A DNA stretch of 64,000 bases from a virus. Lineage: Duplodnaviria; Caudoviricetes. The stretch is taken from IMG/VR virus record IMGVR_UViG_2706796725_000001, positions 1 to 64,000 of that record; one strand, written 5' to 3'. The first letter of the stretch is position 1. The number at the start of each line of letters is the position of its first letter. Of the stretch, positions 41,521-51,413 are shown one piece after another. The translations under genes and the position numbers were made by a program. The notes under the pieces were generated by a model. That model was given only the letters and a program-made list of their open reading frames with translations. It was not told the origin of the DNA and searched no databases.

Positions 41521-42171
41521 TTAGAACGGATCGTCATCGTCGTCCACGTCATCGAAGTCGGCAGCAGGATTTGGCTTGCTTTCTTCAACTTTAGGACGTT
41601 CAATATCCAGACCCAGTTCATCGTCAACGATACGACCACCAGCGCCACCTTCATACGGCACATGCTCCAACACTTGCACCAGATCAAGGGATACCACCAG
41701 CATATCCTCTTTGTTACGGTAGCCCCAGCAACGAATATTCACCTTAGTCATGTTACCAAGGTCTTCCTTAAATTCGTTACCGTCTTTATCAACAACGACG
41801 ATCTTGACTGGATCACCATTATTGTTAAGGGACTTACGGGTGATAGTGAAGCCATGCATACCCTTTACAGGCGCATACAGCTCATTACCTTTATCATCTT
41901 CCAAAGGGAATTTGATCTTACGCTTCTTGTTCTTATCCTTGCCAACTTCGAACAGGGTTTTGTTCAGCAGGATTTTATCCTCAAGCATGTCCCGTGTGTC
42001 TGAATCAACAAATACATTCACAGAGTATTCATGAGTTGAGGGGTTTTTAGCGTTTGGGTCAACCTCAAACATCTTCTTTGGCTTGTGCACACAAGCGTAG
42101 AACACTGGCACATTTTTTAGGTACAAGTATTCAAATTTACCATCTTTTTTAACTACAGCTTTAGTTGCCAT
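41521..42171 (-). CDS. Single-stranded DNA-binding protein (T7 gp2.5-like)
   Basis: OB-like body and acidic tail ending in Phe (DFDDVDDDDDPF), in a replication context. Confidence 0.7.
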   Translation of the reverse strand: MATKAVVKKDGKFEYLYLKNVPVFYACVHKPKKMFEVDPNAKNPSTHEYSVNVFVDSDTRDMLEDKILLNKTLFEVGKDKNKKRKIKFPLEDDKGNELYAPVKGMHGFTITRKSLNNNGDPVKIVVVDKDGNEFKEDLGNMTKVNIRCWGYRNKEDMLVVSLDLVQVLEHVPYEGGAGGRIVDDELGLDIERPKVEESKPNPAADFDDVDDDDDPF

Positions 42172-42291
42172 AAGTGGTATCCTCTATCTATATTATCGTG
42201 TGTCGGGAACATTCCCAGTTATTTCTCAAATATTGCGTCAACCTATTTGAACAAATTAACGTGTAGGTTGAATCCACGTTGTTGTTGGGGA

Positions 42292-42564
42292 TTAATTCCC
42301 TTTGATCGTTTCAATCAATTCAGCTTTAGCCAGTGTTGTTTCACTCGCCTTACCTTCCTTGTATTTCAGATCATATTCAATTGCAGCATAAGATGCAAGG
42401 AATTTAGGGCAAAGACCTTTCTCCTTGGCTGTCTCTTTAATTTCTCGGACCAGCTCCTTGAATCCGTCAATCTGAATCATTGCATCAACGATTTCTGTTG
42501 AAGAGTTTGTCAGAACTTTCTTCAAAGCTGGATCATTTGGAATATCTGTGATTAGGTCTGTCAT
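42292..42564 (-). CDS. Small dsDNA-binding protein (T4 DsbA-like)
   Basis: 'IDGFKELVREIKETAKEKGL' resembles the DsbA pattern. Confidence 0.5.
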   Translation of the reverse strand: MTDLITDIPNDPALKKVLTNSSTEIVDAMIQIDGFKELVREIKETAKEKGLCPKFLASYAAIEYDLKYKEGKASETTLAKAELIETIKGN

Positions 42565-42827
42565 TTCATTCTCCTATATTGTTTAGGCTGATTTCTTGGT
42601 ATCACGATTTAAGTACAAGGCACAGTCATTTAGGAATTCTGCCTTCAGGCATGTGGTGCATTCCCCACCTGAATCCAGCATGATAGATTCCCCATCAAGG
42701 AAATCCTGTATCACTTCATTTGCTTCTTCAAACGTGTCGAATGCTGCCCGCACCTTGAAGTCTGTATTAACTTTGATAATTGTCATTGAGTACATCTTCA
42801 TCTCCTGTTTCCGTTGTTTGTTCAGCT

Positions 42828-42856
42828 ATTGTATTGGGTGGTTGGTTGGGTGTCAA
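42828..42856 (-). promoter_or_regulatory. Strong sigma70-type promoter
   Basis: Minus strand TTGACA, 17 bp spacer, TACAAT. Confidence 0.7.
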
Positions 42857-42871
42857 GCGATTCACTGTATT

Positions 42872-44965
42872 TTATTCTGTATACTCAAGCGGATCAACCA
42901 ACTTCTGAGCAGCCTGAATGTAATATTCATAATTAAGATCACCATCATAATCCTTCATGTGATTACATGTCTTCACCTTCCATTCCTTATCTATACCTAT
43001 CTCCCGTTCATCCTGCTTGTCAGGTAGAGGTGGCATAATTTTAATCAATGAACCCCCTTCTTTTGCAATGTAGTATCTACAAATATTTTGTTGGGGTTCT
43101 TCTCTTAGAATATTACCATCTTCATCATGATACCTCAACACCAACCTAGAGGAACGTGGAACTTTCGTTCTACCAATGAAATCCATACGTTCCTTATGTG
43201 AGAAAATGAAATCTTCAACAGTACCTCGACCTAACAACTCATGTTCAGCAGCCATGGGTATTACTAAGAATGACTGATTTTGATGCCACCCTAATCCGTC
43301 ATACTCGTAACACCCTTTACGTTTAATCTTACCGTTAACATCTACCGCGATGTAATTGTTAACGTTCGCAATGCACATCTTACTGTATTCAACACCTTCC
43401 AGCGTAAGCTTAGTTAATGCCTCCCACTCTGCACAAACACGCTCTGCTTGTTCTCTGTAAGCCTTATCCACTGTGAACTCACACCCATCAGTATTGACCA
43501 TCACCATCTTTAAAGTCGGAACTTCAAGTAACCATTCACTCAACATGATCAATGAAAGTTGACCGGAAATAGTGATAGTCATTGTATATTTAGAATCATA
43601 GAACGGACTGTACTTACTGTTGCTATCACCATACACGCTGTTCAATGCCAGTTTCATCATTAAGTTTTCAGGCTGATCCTTACTGAAGGACTTGCGCTGG
43701 TTGAATACATCTTCATAAATATCACAAAAAGTCTCACTCAGATGTTCAGGGTATATACGATTCTTAATAGCCAAGTTAGGGTAATAACTCGCTACGTCAT
43801 ACGATAAAATTACCCTATCCTTCGTTGTCTCAAATATACTGTTGCTGATTGCACCATGCAATCCTCCTGTTCCGAAGTCATACTTAAACCCGTCCACAAC
43901 CACATTTAAGTTATCAGCAATGTTCCAGCACAGATAGTAACTCTTCTTCTTAGATTTAAGAATTCGCTCCTCAACCCAAGCTAGAGGAAGTTTTGCTTTA
44001 ATTTCAGCAAGTTCCTCATCTGTAGGTTTACCCTTGAGTTTCTTCTGCTTCTTCGTCATTGCACAATATTTCGCCAGTTCTTTGCCGAGTTCATGTTCAG
44101 GAATATCCGTAAGACTCCCTTTTGTCTCGGTGATAACCTTACGCTTAAACCATTCATGTACAGCCTTGAACTCAGGACGCTTGAACTTGATGTAGGGAAC
44201 CAAGCATTCACCCAAATTGATCTGCTTACGGATCGTCTGATTTAACTTACGACCTTGTTTAGTTTGGGTGTAACACATCCCTGGTTTTTCACTTTCTAGC
44301 TTCATTATGAAATATTCTTTACCGATCTTACCATCGTTAAAGTTAGTGAAGTCTCGCTTATACTGCATCGAAAGTTTTTCACGGAATTGGATCGCATTAA
44401 TTGAACCTTTATAAAACTCTTCTGTTGCAAAAACATCATGCTTGTTGTAGAACAAAACCTCATCCATTTGAGGGAATGTGAGCGGTATTGCAGGATCATA
44501 CGGTAAGTCCTGAATATCTTCCATTCGCATGTTGAATTCAATCATCTTCAAACTTGTCGATCTAGCCTTGTTATCGAAATGATGAACCTTGAATAAATCA
44601 AGCTGAGGTATCAACCATTCTTTTTCAGGCACAGTGTTCTTGAACTTATCTTCATCTTTGAAAGAACGAATGATCGACATAGCTTTATCATAAATATCAT
44701 CCACCGTGCAGTCTTGGTTTTTAAGAATGTAATGTAATACGGGGTAATCAAACCCAATAGAATTGAAGCCTACTAACCGACCATCATTCTTAGCAATGAC
44801 TCTCAAGAACTGAATCATTTTCTGTCTTTCATCTTTCCTATCTGAAATCTCAAACGACCAACGCTTACGTTCAACAGGATAACTCACTACCATACTGAAG
44901 AAGTTTTTATATGTTTCTATATCCCAAACAAAATCCTTATAAACTTTAGGCTTCTTACGTCCCAT
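42872..44965 (-). CDS. Family B DNA polymerase
   Basis: Exo 'WDIET', 'GFNSIGFD'; pol 'YDVASYYP', 'KLALNSVYG', 'NTDG', 'KRKG'. Confidence 0.88.
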   Translation of the reverse strand: MGRKKPKVYKDFVWDIETYKNFFSMVVSYPVERKRWSFEISDRKDERQKMIQFLRVIAKNDGRLVGFNSIGFDYPVLHYILKNQDCTVDDIYDKAMSIIRSFKDEDKFKNTVPEKEWLIPQLDLFKVHHFDNKARSTSLKMIEFNMRMEDIQDLPYDPAIPLTFPQMDEVLFYNKHDVFATEEFYKGSINAIQFREKLSMQYKRDFTNFNDGKIGKEYFIMKLESEKPGMCYTQTKQGRKLNQTIRKQINLGECLVPYIKFKRPEFKAVHEWFKRKVITETKGSLTDIPEHELGKELAKYCAMTKKQKKLKGKPTDEELAEIKAKLPLAWVEERILKSKKKSYYLCWNIADNLNVVVDGFKYDFGTGGLHGAISNSIFETTKDRVILSYDVASYYPNLAIKNRIYPEHLSETFCDIYEDVFNQRKSFSKDQPENLMMKLALNSVYGDSNSKYSPFYDSKYTMTITISGQLSLIMLSEWLLEVPTLKMVMVNTDGCEFTVDKAYREQAERVCAEWEALTKLTLEGVEYSKMCIANVNNYIAVDVNGKIKRKGCYEYDGLGWHQNQSFLVIPMAAEHELLGRGTVEDFIFSHKERMDFIGRTKVPRSSRLVLRYHDEDGNILREEPQQNICRYYIAKEGGSLIKIMPPLPDKQDEREIGIDKEWKVKTCNHMKDYDGDLNYEYYIQAAQKLVDPLEYTE

Positions 44966-44982
44966 TAGTATAGACCTCCGCA

Positions 44983-46764
44983 TCATTCAGAATAACAGTT
45001 TCGATGCTTGGTAGAGCATCGTCGGAATACCCGAAAGCATCTTCCATTGATGGAGCCAATTCGTCTAATGGCGGCATCCTCCAATCGTTTGTGTGCTAGA
45101 AAGCAAAATAATACCCAAATCGAAACAATAACGTTACACGCGCCGTGCGCAGAATCTCTTTCTCTGTACGACGCTGAATACCCCACCCGTAATGACTCCA
45201 TTTCTCCATTGCGCGTGAACCTGTGAACTGTGATGATAATACATCGCCTCCAGCATCGTGTGGTGTACCACTCTTTACAGGAACGTGTGAATACATAAAG
45301 AAAGTAACTTGCAGTTCCATCGCCATACTTGCTGCTCTCATAAATGAGTTCAGAATGGCTCCTGATGAATGTTCTGCAACTAGAGCGGTCAATGGGATGA
45401 TAAATAACCAAATACCTGATGCCCAGTAACGAACAGTAGCAAGAATCTCTTAACGCACACCAGAAGAGTAGAACATCTCTTCTAACAGATTGAAAGCCCT
45501 CTCCATCTCTTCTATGGTGTAACCGCCAATCGGTGGTTTGGTGAACTGTCCTGCATATCCAGCAACCTTCTTCAATGTCACAGGGTTTTTCCTCAAGCGA
45601 CATTACCCCAACCATTTCACCATGCACTTCTGTGAAGTGTTTGATCAACTGATGTTGATGTTCGGTCTTGCCTATTTTGGGGGCAGCACCAATCACATGA
45701 ATCTCACCACGTCTGACCCCAAGAGTCGCCCTTGTAGCTGAAGGCCAAGGTAACGAAATACCCATTTCTGGCATCTTCATGGCACGTTCATAAATATCAC
45801 GCACAGTGAGAACCTGTGAAGGACGCTTAGGCATTGCTGACCAGAACAACTGGCGTAACTGTTGTGCGCCACCTTTCGTCTTCAAATATTCACAAGGGTC
45901 TTTAAGTGTTAGATTCGCAACAATCACCTTACCATGCCCGAACATCTTACTGATTGCAGCAGCCGCTTCTTGACCAGCTTCGTCATTATCAAACATCAGT
46001 ACAATGGTCTTGAAGCTATTCACCCATGCAAAATTTGCTTGAATCTGGGAAGCAGAGTTACCACTCCCTACATGGGGTGAAACAACAGGGGTTTCGTAAT
46101 CATCTTTTTTCAGAGCCTGATACACTGCCATGCAATCTTCTTGACCTTCAGTGATAACCAAATATTTACCACCTTTAGTAAACAAAGACTGTCCGAACAA
46201 TTCTGACGTAGCACGTACACGTCCGATAGGGAAGAACGGTAAACCTTTGACAGTCTTATCCTTCTTACGTGCTTGCTTAATTTTATCATTACGCACATGG
46301 TATCCTGAGATTGTTCCACCTTCAGTACACGGATAGTAACGATAATGCACAACTCCATCTTCATCAAACTTAGTGTATACACCGTACTTCTCACACACTG
46401 CACGAACAATACCTCGTTCACGCCAACCTCTCATCTCCATGGACTGAACAGTTTGGAGTTCTTCATCTGTAATCATTTTTGATTCTCTCTGCACTTTTTT
46501 CTCCTTAAAATTTGATGTATCGAAATTATCACTAATCATTTGTGGGTGTATGTATCCGCAATTAGAATAGCAAGTTCCGTCATAAACCAACTTGTCTTCT
46601 ATTTTCTTTTGGTAAATCGCTAATGAGTCACTACTTCCACACTTAGGGCAAGGTAGATCATATTCAACCAAAACCCCTTTTGAATTTTCTTTCTTCAACC
46701 CCTCAATCCCTCCTAGTGTCTTTACACATATCTTTACACATGCACGTAGCATTACAGCATACAT
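44983..46764 (-). CDS. T7 gp4-like primase-helicase (C-terminal third frameshifted or degraded from about 45590)
   Basis: Zn finger 'CPKCGS..C', TOPRIM 'ITEGQED', 'FDNDEAG', helicase Walker A 'GAAPKIGKT', later 'QFTGSRAMEKWS' in another frame; true start probably near 46700. Confidence 0.85.
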   Translation of the reverse strand: MYAVMLRACVKICVKTLGGIEGLKKENSKGVLVEYDLPCPKCGSSDSLAIYQKKIEDKLVYDGTCYSNCGYIHPQMISDNFDTSNFKEKKVQRESKMITDEELQTVQSMEMRGWRERGIVRAVCEKYGVYTKFDEDGVVHYRYYPCTEGGTISGYHVRNDKIKQARKKDKTVKGLPFFPIGRVRATSELFGQSLFTKGGKYLVITEGQEDCMAVYQALKKDDYETPVVSPHVGSGNSASQIQANFAWVNSFKTIVLMFDNDEAGQEAAAAISKMFGHGKVIVANLTLKDPCEYLKTKGGAQQLRQLFWSAMPKRPSQVLTVRDIYERAMKMPEMGISLPWPSATRATLGVRRGEIHVIGAAPKIGKTEHQHQLIKHFTEVHGEMVGVMSLEEKPCDIEEGCWICRTVHQTTDWRLHHRRDGEGFQSVRRDVLLFWCALRDSCYCSLLGIRYLVIYHPIDRSSCRTFIRSHSELIYESSKYGDGTASYFLYVFTRSCKEWYTTRCWRRCIIITVHRFTRNGEMESLRVGYSASYRERDSAHGACNVIVSIWVLFCFLAHKRLEDAAIRRIGSINGRCFRVFRRCSTKHRNCYSE

Positions 46765-46794
46765 TGCTTAAAATTACAATAAGGGATACATGAC

Positions 46795-47448
46795 ATGCCT
46801 AAGAAAAAAACCGTTGAACACAAGCTGGAAGATACACTGGATAATGACCTTTCCAAGACCCTTGATGAACTAGAACCTTTACCAAAGGAAGTGTTGGATT
46901 CATTGCCTGAGAAGACCTTGCCAAAACGTCCTACACGTAGCAATGGTAAGCACCCCAATTCACGCACAAAGAATCGTCTGAAATATACGATGTTCGATGT
47001 GAACAAACAACGAGAATTCCTTCGCCAGCTCTCTATGCACGGCAACCTAACTACGGCAGCATCCTCTGTAGGGATCGTCCGTCAGACTGTGTACGAGCTG
47101 ATGAAACGTGACCCAAAGTTCTCTGCACGTGTTGATATTGCCCGAGCTAAAGCTGTTGGAGGATTGGAGAATGAATTGTATGATCGTATATTCAATGGGA
47201 ATAAAGTGAAGGTGTATGATGGGGAAGGTAACCTAATCACTGAAACCGTCAAGCATGATAATGCTCTGTTGTTGAAGGCATTGGAAGCGAATGATCGTGA
47301 ACGTTATGGAAAGACGCCTTCTGGTGGTGTTACTGTGAATGTAGATACAACCTCAAATGTAGCTAATAAACTGAGTCAGCTATTGGGGGTGGATGTGAAT
47401 AGGGAAGACTTTGAAGGGGAGTGTAAGGATATTACACCTGATCAATAA
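46795..47448 (+). CDS. Terminase small subunit-like HTH protein
   Basis: 'FLRQLSMHGNLTTAASSVGIVRQTVYELMKRDPKF...LENELYDRIFNG...DNALLLKALEAND.ERYG'. Confidence 0.65.
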   Translation: MPKKKTVEHKLEDTLDNDLSKTLDELEPLPKEVLDSLPEKTLPKRPTRSNGKHPNSRTKNRLKYTMFDVNKQREFLRQLSMHGNLTTAASSVGIVRQTVYELMKRDPKFSARVDIARAKAVGGLENELYDRIFNGNKVKVYDGEGNLITETVKHDNALLLKALEANDRERYGKTPSGGVTVNVDTTSNVANKLSQLLGVDVNREDFEGECKDITPDQ

Positions 47449-47453
47449 AAATA

Positions 47454-47545
47454 AAGGGGCTGTAATGCCCCCTATTTTGCTTTCTAAGCCGTTTTAACCT
47501 CAGCCCATCCTACCACACTCCTTAACCCAGAAAACGGCTTAGAAA
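47454..47545. terminator. Terminator hairpin plus adjacent 15-bp perfect inverted repeat
   Basis: GGGGC-TGTAAT-GCCCC+T-rich run; TTTCTAAGCCGTTTT(47481-95)/AAAACGGCTTAGAAA(47531-45). Confidence 0.7.
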
Positions 47546-47566
47546 CGATTCTGGAGCGTTCTAGGA

Positions 47567-48232
47567 CTATTCAATTCCCATCAACTGAAGCTTACGTGTT
47601 AATGTATCCCTTGCTTCCTTAATATCCTTCCAAGCAGGCTTACCACCTGTACGTACACCTGATAACAGAAGCTTCTTGCTTGCATGTTGAATGCAGCCAG
47701 ACGGATCGTTAATAGGGAACAGGTCATGTACAGCATATACATCAATCTCTGATAAGTGTGATACGTCCTTGTAGTATTCTGGGTAGAGGTCTTTCATGGA
47801 AGTTGGTTTAGGGGTTTCTTCAATCTTCTTTACCTCATGTAACCATAAAGAATGTTTGTTACCGTAATCATCGGCAAACCAAGGGGATCTACTATTTGTG
47901 TCCGATGTTAAGGTTACTAAGGTGCCAGCAGGTACAACACCCTCATCGTCACTGATTACCTCAAACTTATCCCCAATTTCATAACCGAGTTTCTGACAAT
48001 GTGTTTTCTCTCCTTCAATTTTCTTGACATTATCCAATTCCAAGTAAGTGCCCTCTTCACCGTCACAATGCTTATATTGTGAATTTAACCCCTTAAAAAT
48101 GGGGCAATCAGAACCATCATCCTCATACAACTCTATGATTGCACCTGGAGTGAAGCCTGCACTGCTTTCCAACACCTCAAACTTATCTCCAACTTTGTAT
48201 CCTAATTCTTCACATGGCGTCATCTTAGTCAT
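47567..48232 (-). CDS. Modular protein: two SH3-like repeats plus DUF3310-like C-terminal domain
   Basis: Repeats 'PCEELGYKVGDKFEV' and 'HCQKLGYEIGDKFEV'; C-terminal 'IDVYAVHDLF..QHASKKLL..G..KDIKEARDTL'. Confidence 0.55.
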   Translation of the reverse strand: MTKMTPCEELGYKVGDKFEVLESSAGFTPGAIIELYEDDGSDCPIFKGLNSQYKHCDGEEGTYLELDNVKKIEGEKTHCQKLGYEIGDKFEVISDDEGVVPAGTLVTLTSDTNSRSPWFADDYGNKHSLWLHEVKKIEETPKPTSMKDLYPEYYKDVSHLSEIDVYAVHDLFPINDPSGCIQHASKKLLLSGVRTGGKPAWKDIKEARDTLTRKLQLMGIE

Positions 48233-48233
48233 T

Positions 48234-49717
48234 TCAAATTACTCCCAATTCAATTGATTTTTGCTTGATTGTATCCGCTTCACTCTGTGTAAGCGAAACA
48301 CCTTCAGACATTATCTTGTTCAATAACATTCTTGTCAAGTTTTTCAACTCAGCATTTTGCATTTCCACTTTGACAGCATGTAACACCAGATCATTCAATC
48401 CATCTTCTACACGCTCACCATATCCGATTGCATCATTTAGCATCTTCTTCCACCACTTTGTTCATTATCATTTTCAGGGAATGATTGGCAAACCCCACAG
48501 AAGATATGATCTGATCAACTTCTATGGCAAGACGTTCTTCGCCTAAATCCGAATACTCACATGCTGCAAATATCATATCGTCCAATGCAATCACTTTCGT
48601 ATCCCCGATGAAGTAATTAGGGAGCCAACCAGATACATTCCCATTCATTCAACAACCTCACACAAAACCTTAGTGTGATACAGAACCTCAGCTTCTGTCC
48701 GAGTAGGGTTATCGTAGATATTATTTGTAATAGAATACATCATTTCAACATTTCGTCTAGGCATCTCACCTTCCCATTCATTTGCAATAAAGTTTAATAC
48801 AAGACGTTCTGAAACACCTCGGTCATGTAATCGTTTAACAGACTGAGAAATATTCTTCCAATAGGAGCATTCAAGACCCAACATCGAATGTGTTTCAGCA
48901 ATAGCTGATTGTGTGGGAGTTAGGTTTATAGCTGCTGCCACGATAAGTGTTTTGATTGTTAGGCTGATTGGTTTCATTTTTCATACTCCAAGGTTATTGA
49001 TTTTTTCTGTGATTTTGTTCATTTCTTCTTTCAGGGATTCAAGTTTAGCTTGTAGTTCTTGTTTCTGTTGTTCAGCTTTGGTACGACTGACGAGTTTGTA
49101 TTCTCTATTTTCAAACCAAGATGGGTCTGGAGTTTCTGTCCAAGTTTCTCCATACTTAACCATACAGATAAGGTCTGAATCATTAGCCCACTGGATGATC
49201 AGGTCGGCGTGTGGGCGGCGGTTTGTAGATTCTTTTTCGATCTTCTCAACTTCAAACAGATGGATACGGCTACTGCACCAAGAGTCTTTTACCTTGAAGT
49301 ATGGCATATTGGTTCCATCGTCTTCATCAAGTGTTACAATATCTCCTTTCGAATAGTGGTACTCAGTGTCGGCTACAATCACAAACTTGTCCCCAACCTT
49401 ATATCCCAATTCTTCACATGGTGTCATTTCTATTTCCTCTTCATTTGGTCAACAATGGCCTCAGACTACTTCAATCAATTCCCCTTGTCAACATCTCTAC
49501 CACACAAATATTCATCAAATTCCTCCAGCATATCCCACGCATCATCATTGAGCAGGTAGTGTTTAGGTAAGTCTTTGTGTGTAGATAGTTTGATAGCAGT
49601 CTTACCTGCTTTGATTGTAAAGGGGTTCTTCTTGGATGTGTTGCTGGAAAGTGTGTAGGACGATTGTGAGCAGAAGTCTTCAAGGGAGTCTAATTGAGAC
49701 TTTAGGATGTATGGCAT
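48234..49717 (-). CDS. Hypothetical ORFs (48234-48443, 48433-48648, 48645-48977 secreted-like, 48981-49427, 49475-49717)
   Basis: ORF track; 48981-49427 starts with the same MTPCEELGYKVGDKF motif as 47567-48232. Confidence 0.55.
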
Positions 49718-49837
49718 GATTGTTCCTCTTGTTTGTTGTGTGTTTAGTTGCAGACAAGAGTGTAGAACATAATAACCCACAGATACAAAAAAAGGGGGGG
49801 GCGTATAAGCCCCTTATTCCCTTTCACAGATTCTTTT

Positions 49838-50600
49838 CTATTCAGCCAAACCAACATGCTTTCTTCGATCTTCACAACAACTTCCTGTAAAACCAACCCA
49901 CTGCAACCCTACACGTATTGATGTAATCACACAAATGTAACAGATAACATTCATGTAATCGAATATAAGCCATAACACACTATTGGATGTTCCTACAATC
50001 TCATTCTTATCTGTTACAATCCAATCCCATTGTAGGAACAGGAAGATTATACACAACCTAATAATACTCACCAATGTCACACGTATCACTTTGCAAATGT
50101 CAGCTCTGGAATAGTCTGTATGCCGTCTCATCTTAGGATGAGGTTTGAACAGATTCTTTTCAGAGAACGTGAACCACAACAGGCGTAATGCCATCAATGA
50201 AGCAAACACATACAATACAAGATTAACTGTGTGGAAGATGTACATGCGATTATCAACACCCAGTAATTTATAGAATATCTCTAAATAATCCATATCATCC
50301 TCCGAATAGGTGTAGTAACACCATCCCTATCCCAACACTTGCAATCAACATAGCCACACTCTTAACAGCATTTATGATCAGGGAATTGTTGGATAGTTGC
50401 CTCTTGATTTCCCCTTGTTCCTTTTCCAATTCTTTAATACGGGGATGGATGTCATCTGTTAACATCTTCAATGTTAGGTTGATTAGCTGTGTATTGGTTA
50501 CGAGTTCTTGAAGTGTTTGTTGCATAGCTACATCTGCCTTACGTAGCTCACTGTTTGACTCTTCCAATCGTTCTAATCTGTGGTTAATGTCCTCACTCAT
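49838..50600 (-). CDS. Two membrane proteins (49838-50293 multi-TM; 50295-50600 coiled coil plus C-terminal TM), holin/antiholin candidates
   Basis: Hydrophobic segments; directly downstream of the spanins. Confidence 0.5.
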
Positions 50601-50650
50601 TCCATCCCCTTAATAATTAAATGTTATAATAATGAATAATTATATAGACA

Positions 50651-50899
50651 TTATCCACCCTTCTTGTATTCGTTAATTGCATTGATTAAGCCTTGCTTGC
50701 TTACCCTGCATTCGTTGTATAAACCGTAGTCTTCAATACCTTGCAGGATGTAATCTCCTAAAGATATTTCACCATTGATTAGGGTGAGAGGGGGACATGG
50801 CTGCATCAGAGAAGCATCTATGTTCAATACTCTTGTCTGTTGTGTGGTGGAACAGGCTGTTAGCAGTATCGCTACAAATAATATTAATACAATTTTCAT
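50651..50899 (-). CDS. Outer-membrane spanin (o-spanin, Rz1-like lipoprotein)
   Basis: Signal peptide with lipobox LTA-C, Pro-rich 'MQPCPPL', 'YNEC'. Confidence 0.8.
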   Translation of the reverse strand: MKIVLILFVAILLTACSTTQQTRVLNIDASLMQPCPPLTLINGEISLGDYILQGIEDYGLYNECRVSKQGLINAINEYKKGG

Positions 50900-51216
50900 C
50901 CTCCAACCCTCGCTCTATTGATTAGATTAATCCCCTCTATTGGAATAATACATTCGTTGTAGATTGGCTTCTCCAATATCTCTGTACGTGTTTCATTGTA
51001 TATGTTTCTATTCTCTATACGGATATTAGAAATAGCCTCTTGTGTTTGCATGGAGATATCGTAGAGGGCATTATCAATACGTCTCTGAGCTTCTATTTGC
51101 GTCTCTAAGCGTATCCTCTCATCATTCCCTAGTTTCCATTGGGATACGGTGAAACCTCCTATGAAAGCTGCTATGAGGGCTGAGACGTATATGTATGGCA
51201 TGAATTTCTTAAACAT
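50896..51216 (-). CDS. Inner-membrane spanin (i-spanin, Rz-like)
   Basis: N-terminal TM, coiled coil, C-terminal Cys; 4-bp overlap with the o-spanin. Confidence 0.75.
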   Translation of the reverse strand: MFKKFMPYIYVSALIAAFIGGFTVSQWKLGNDERIRLETQIEAQRRIDNALYDISMQTQEAISNIRIENRNIYNETRTEILEKPIYNECIIPIEGINLINRARVGG

Positions 51217-51304
51217 GGTTATCTCCAGATTGTTGATAATATTTCAGACAAGAAAAAGCCCCGATTAAGGGGCTTGCTGAGTACCCAATTAATTATCAAC
51301 ACCT

Positions 51305-51412
51305 TTACAGTGGTACTGGTTTGCACCCTGATTCGTCGTTCCGGCCCAGCAGCAGCGCGGCATTGACGCCGCAGCTGAGCCAGTCGAGGATGGTTAGGAT
51401 GTAGGTGAGCAT
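51305..51412 (-). pseudogene. Truncated GC-rich homolog of the 53926-54249 gene
   Basis: GGAG RBS, MLTYILTILDWLSCGVNAALLLGRNDES then an unrelated tail; compare RQIFIAVDQLVNCLIY...ADETISAR. Confidence 0.55.
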
Positions 51413-51413
51413 G

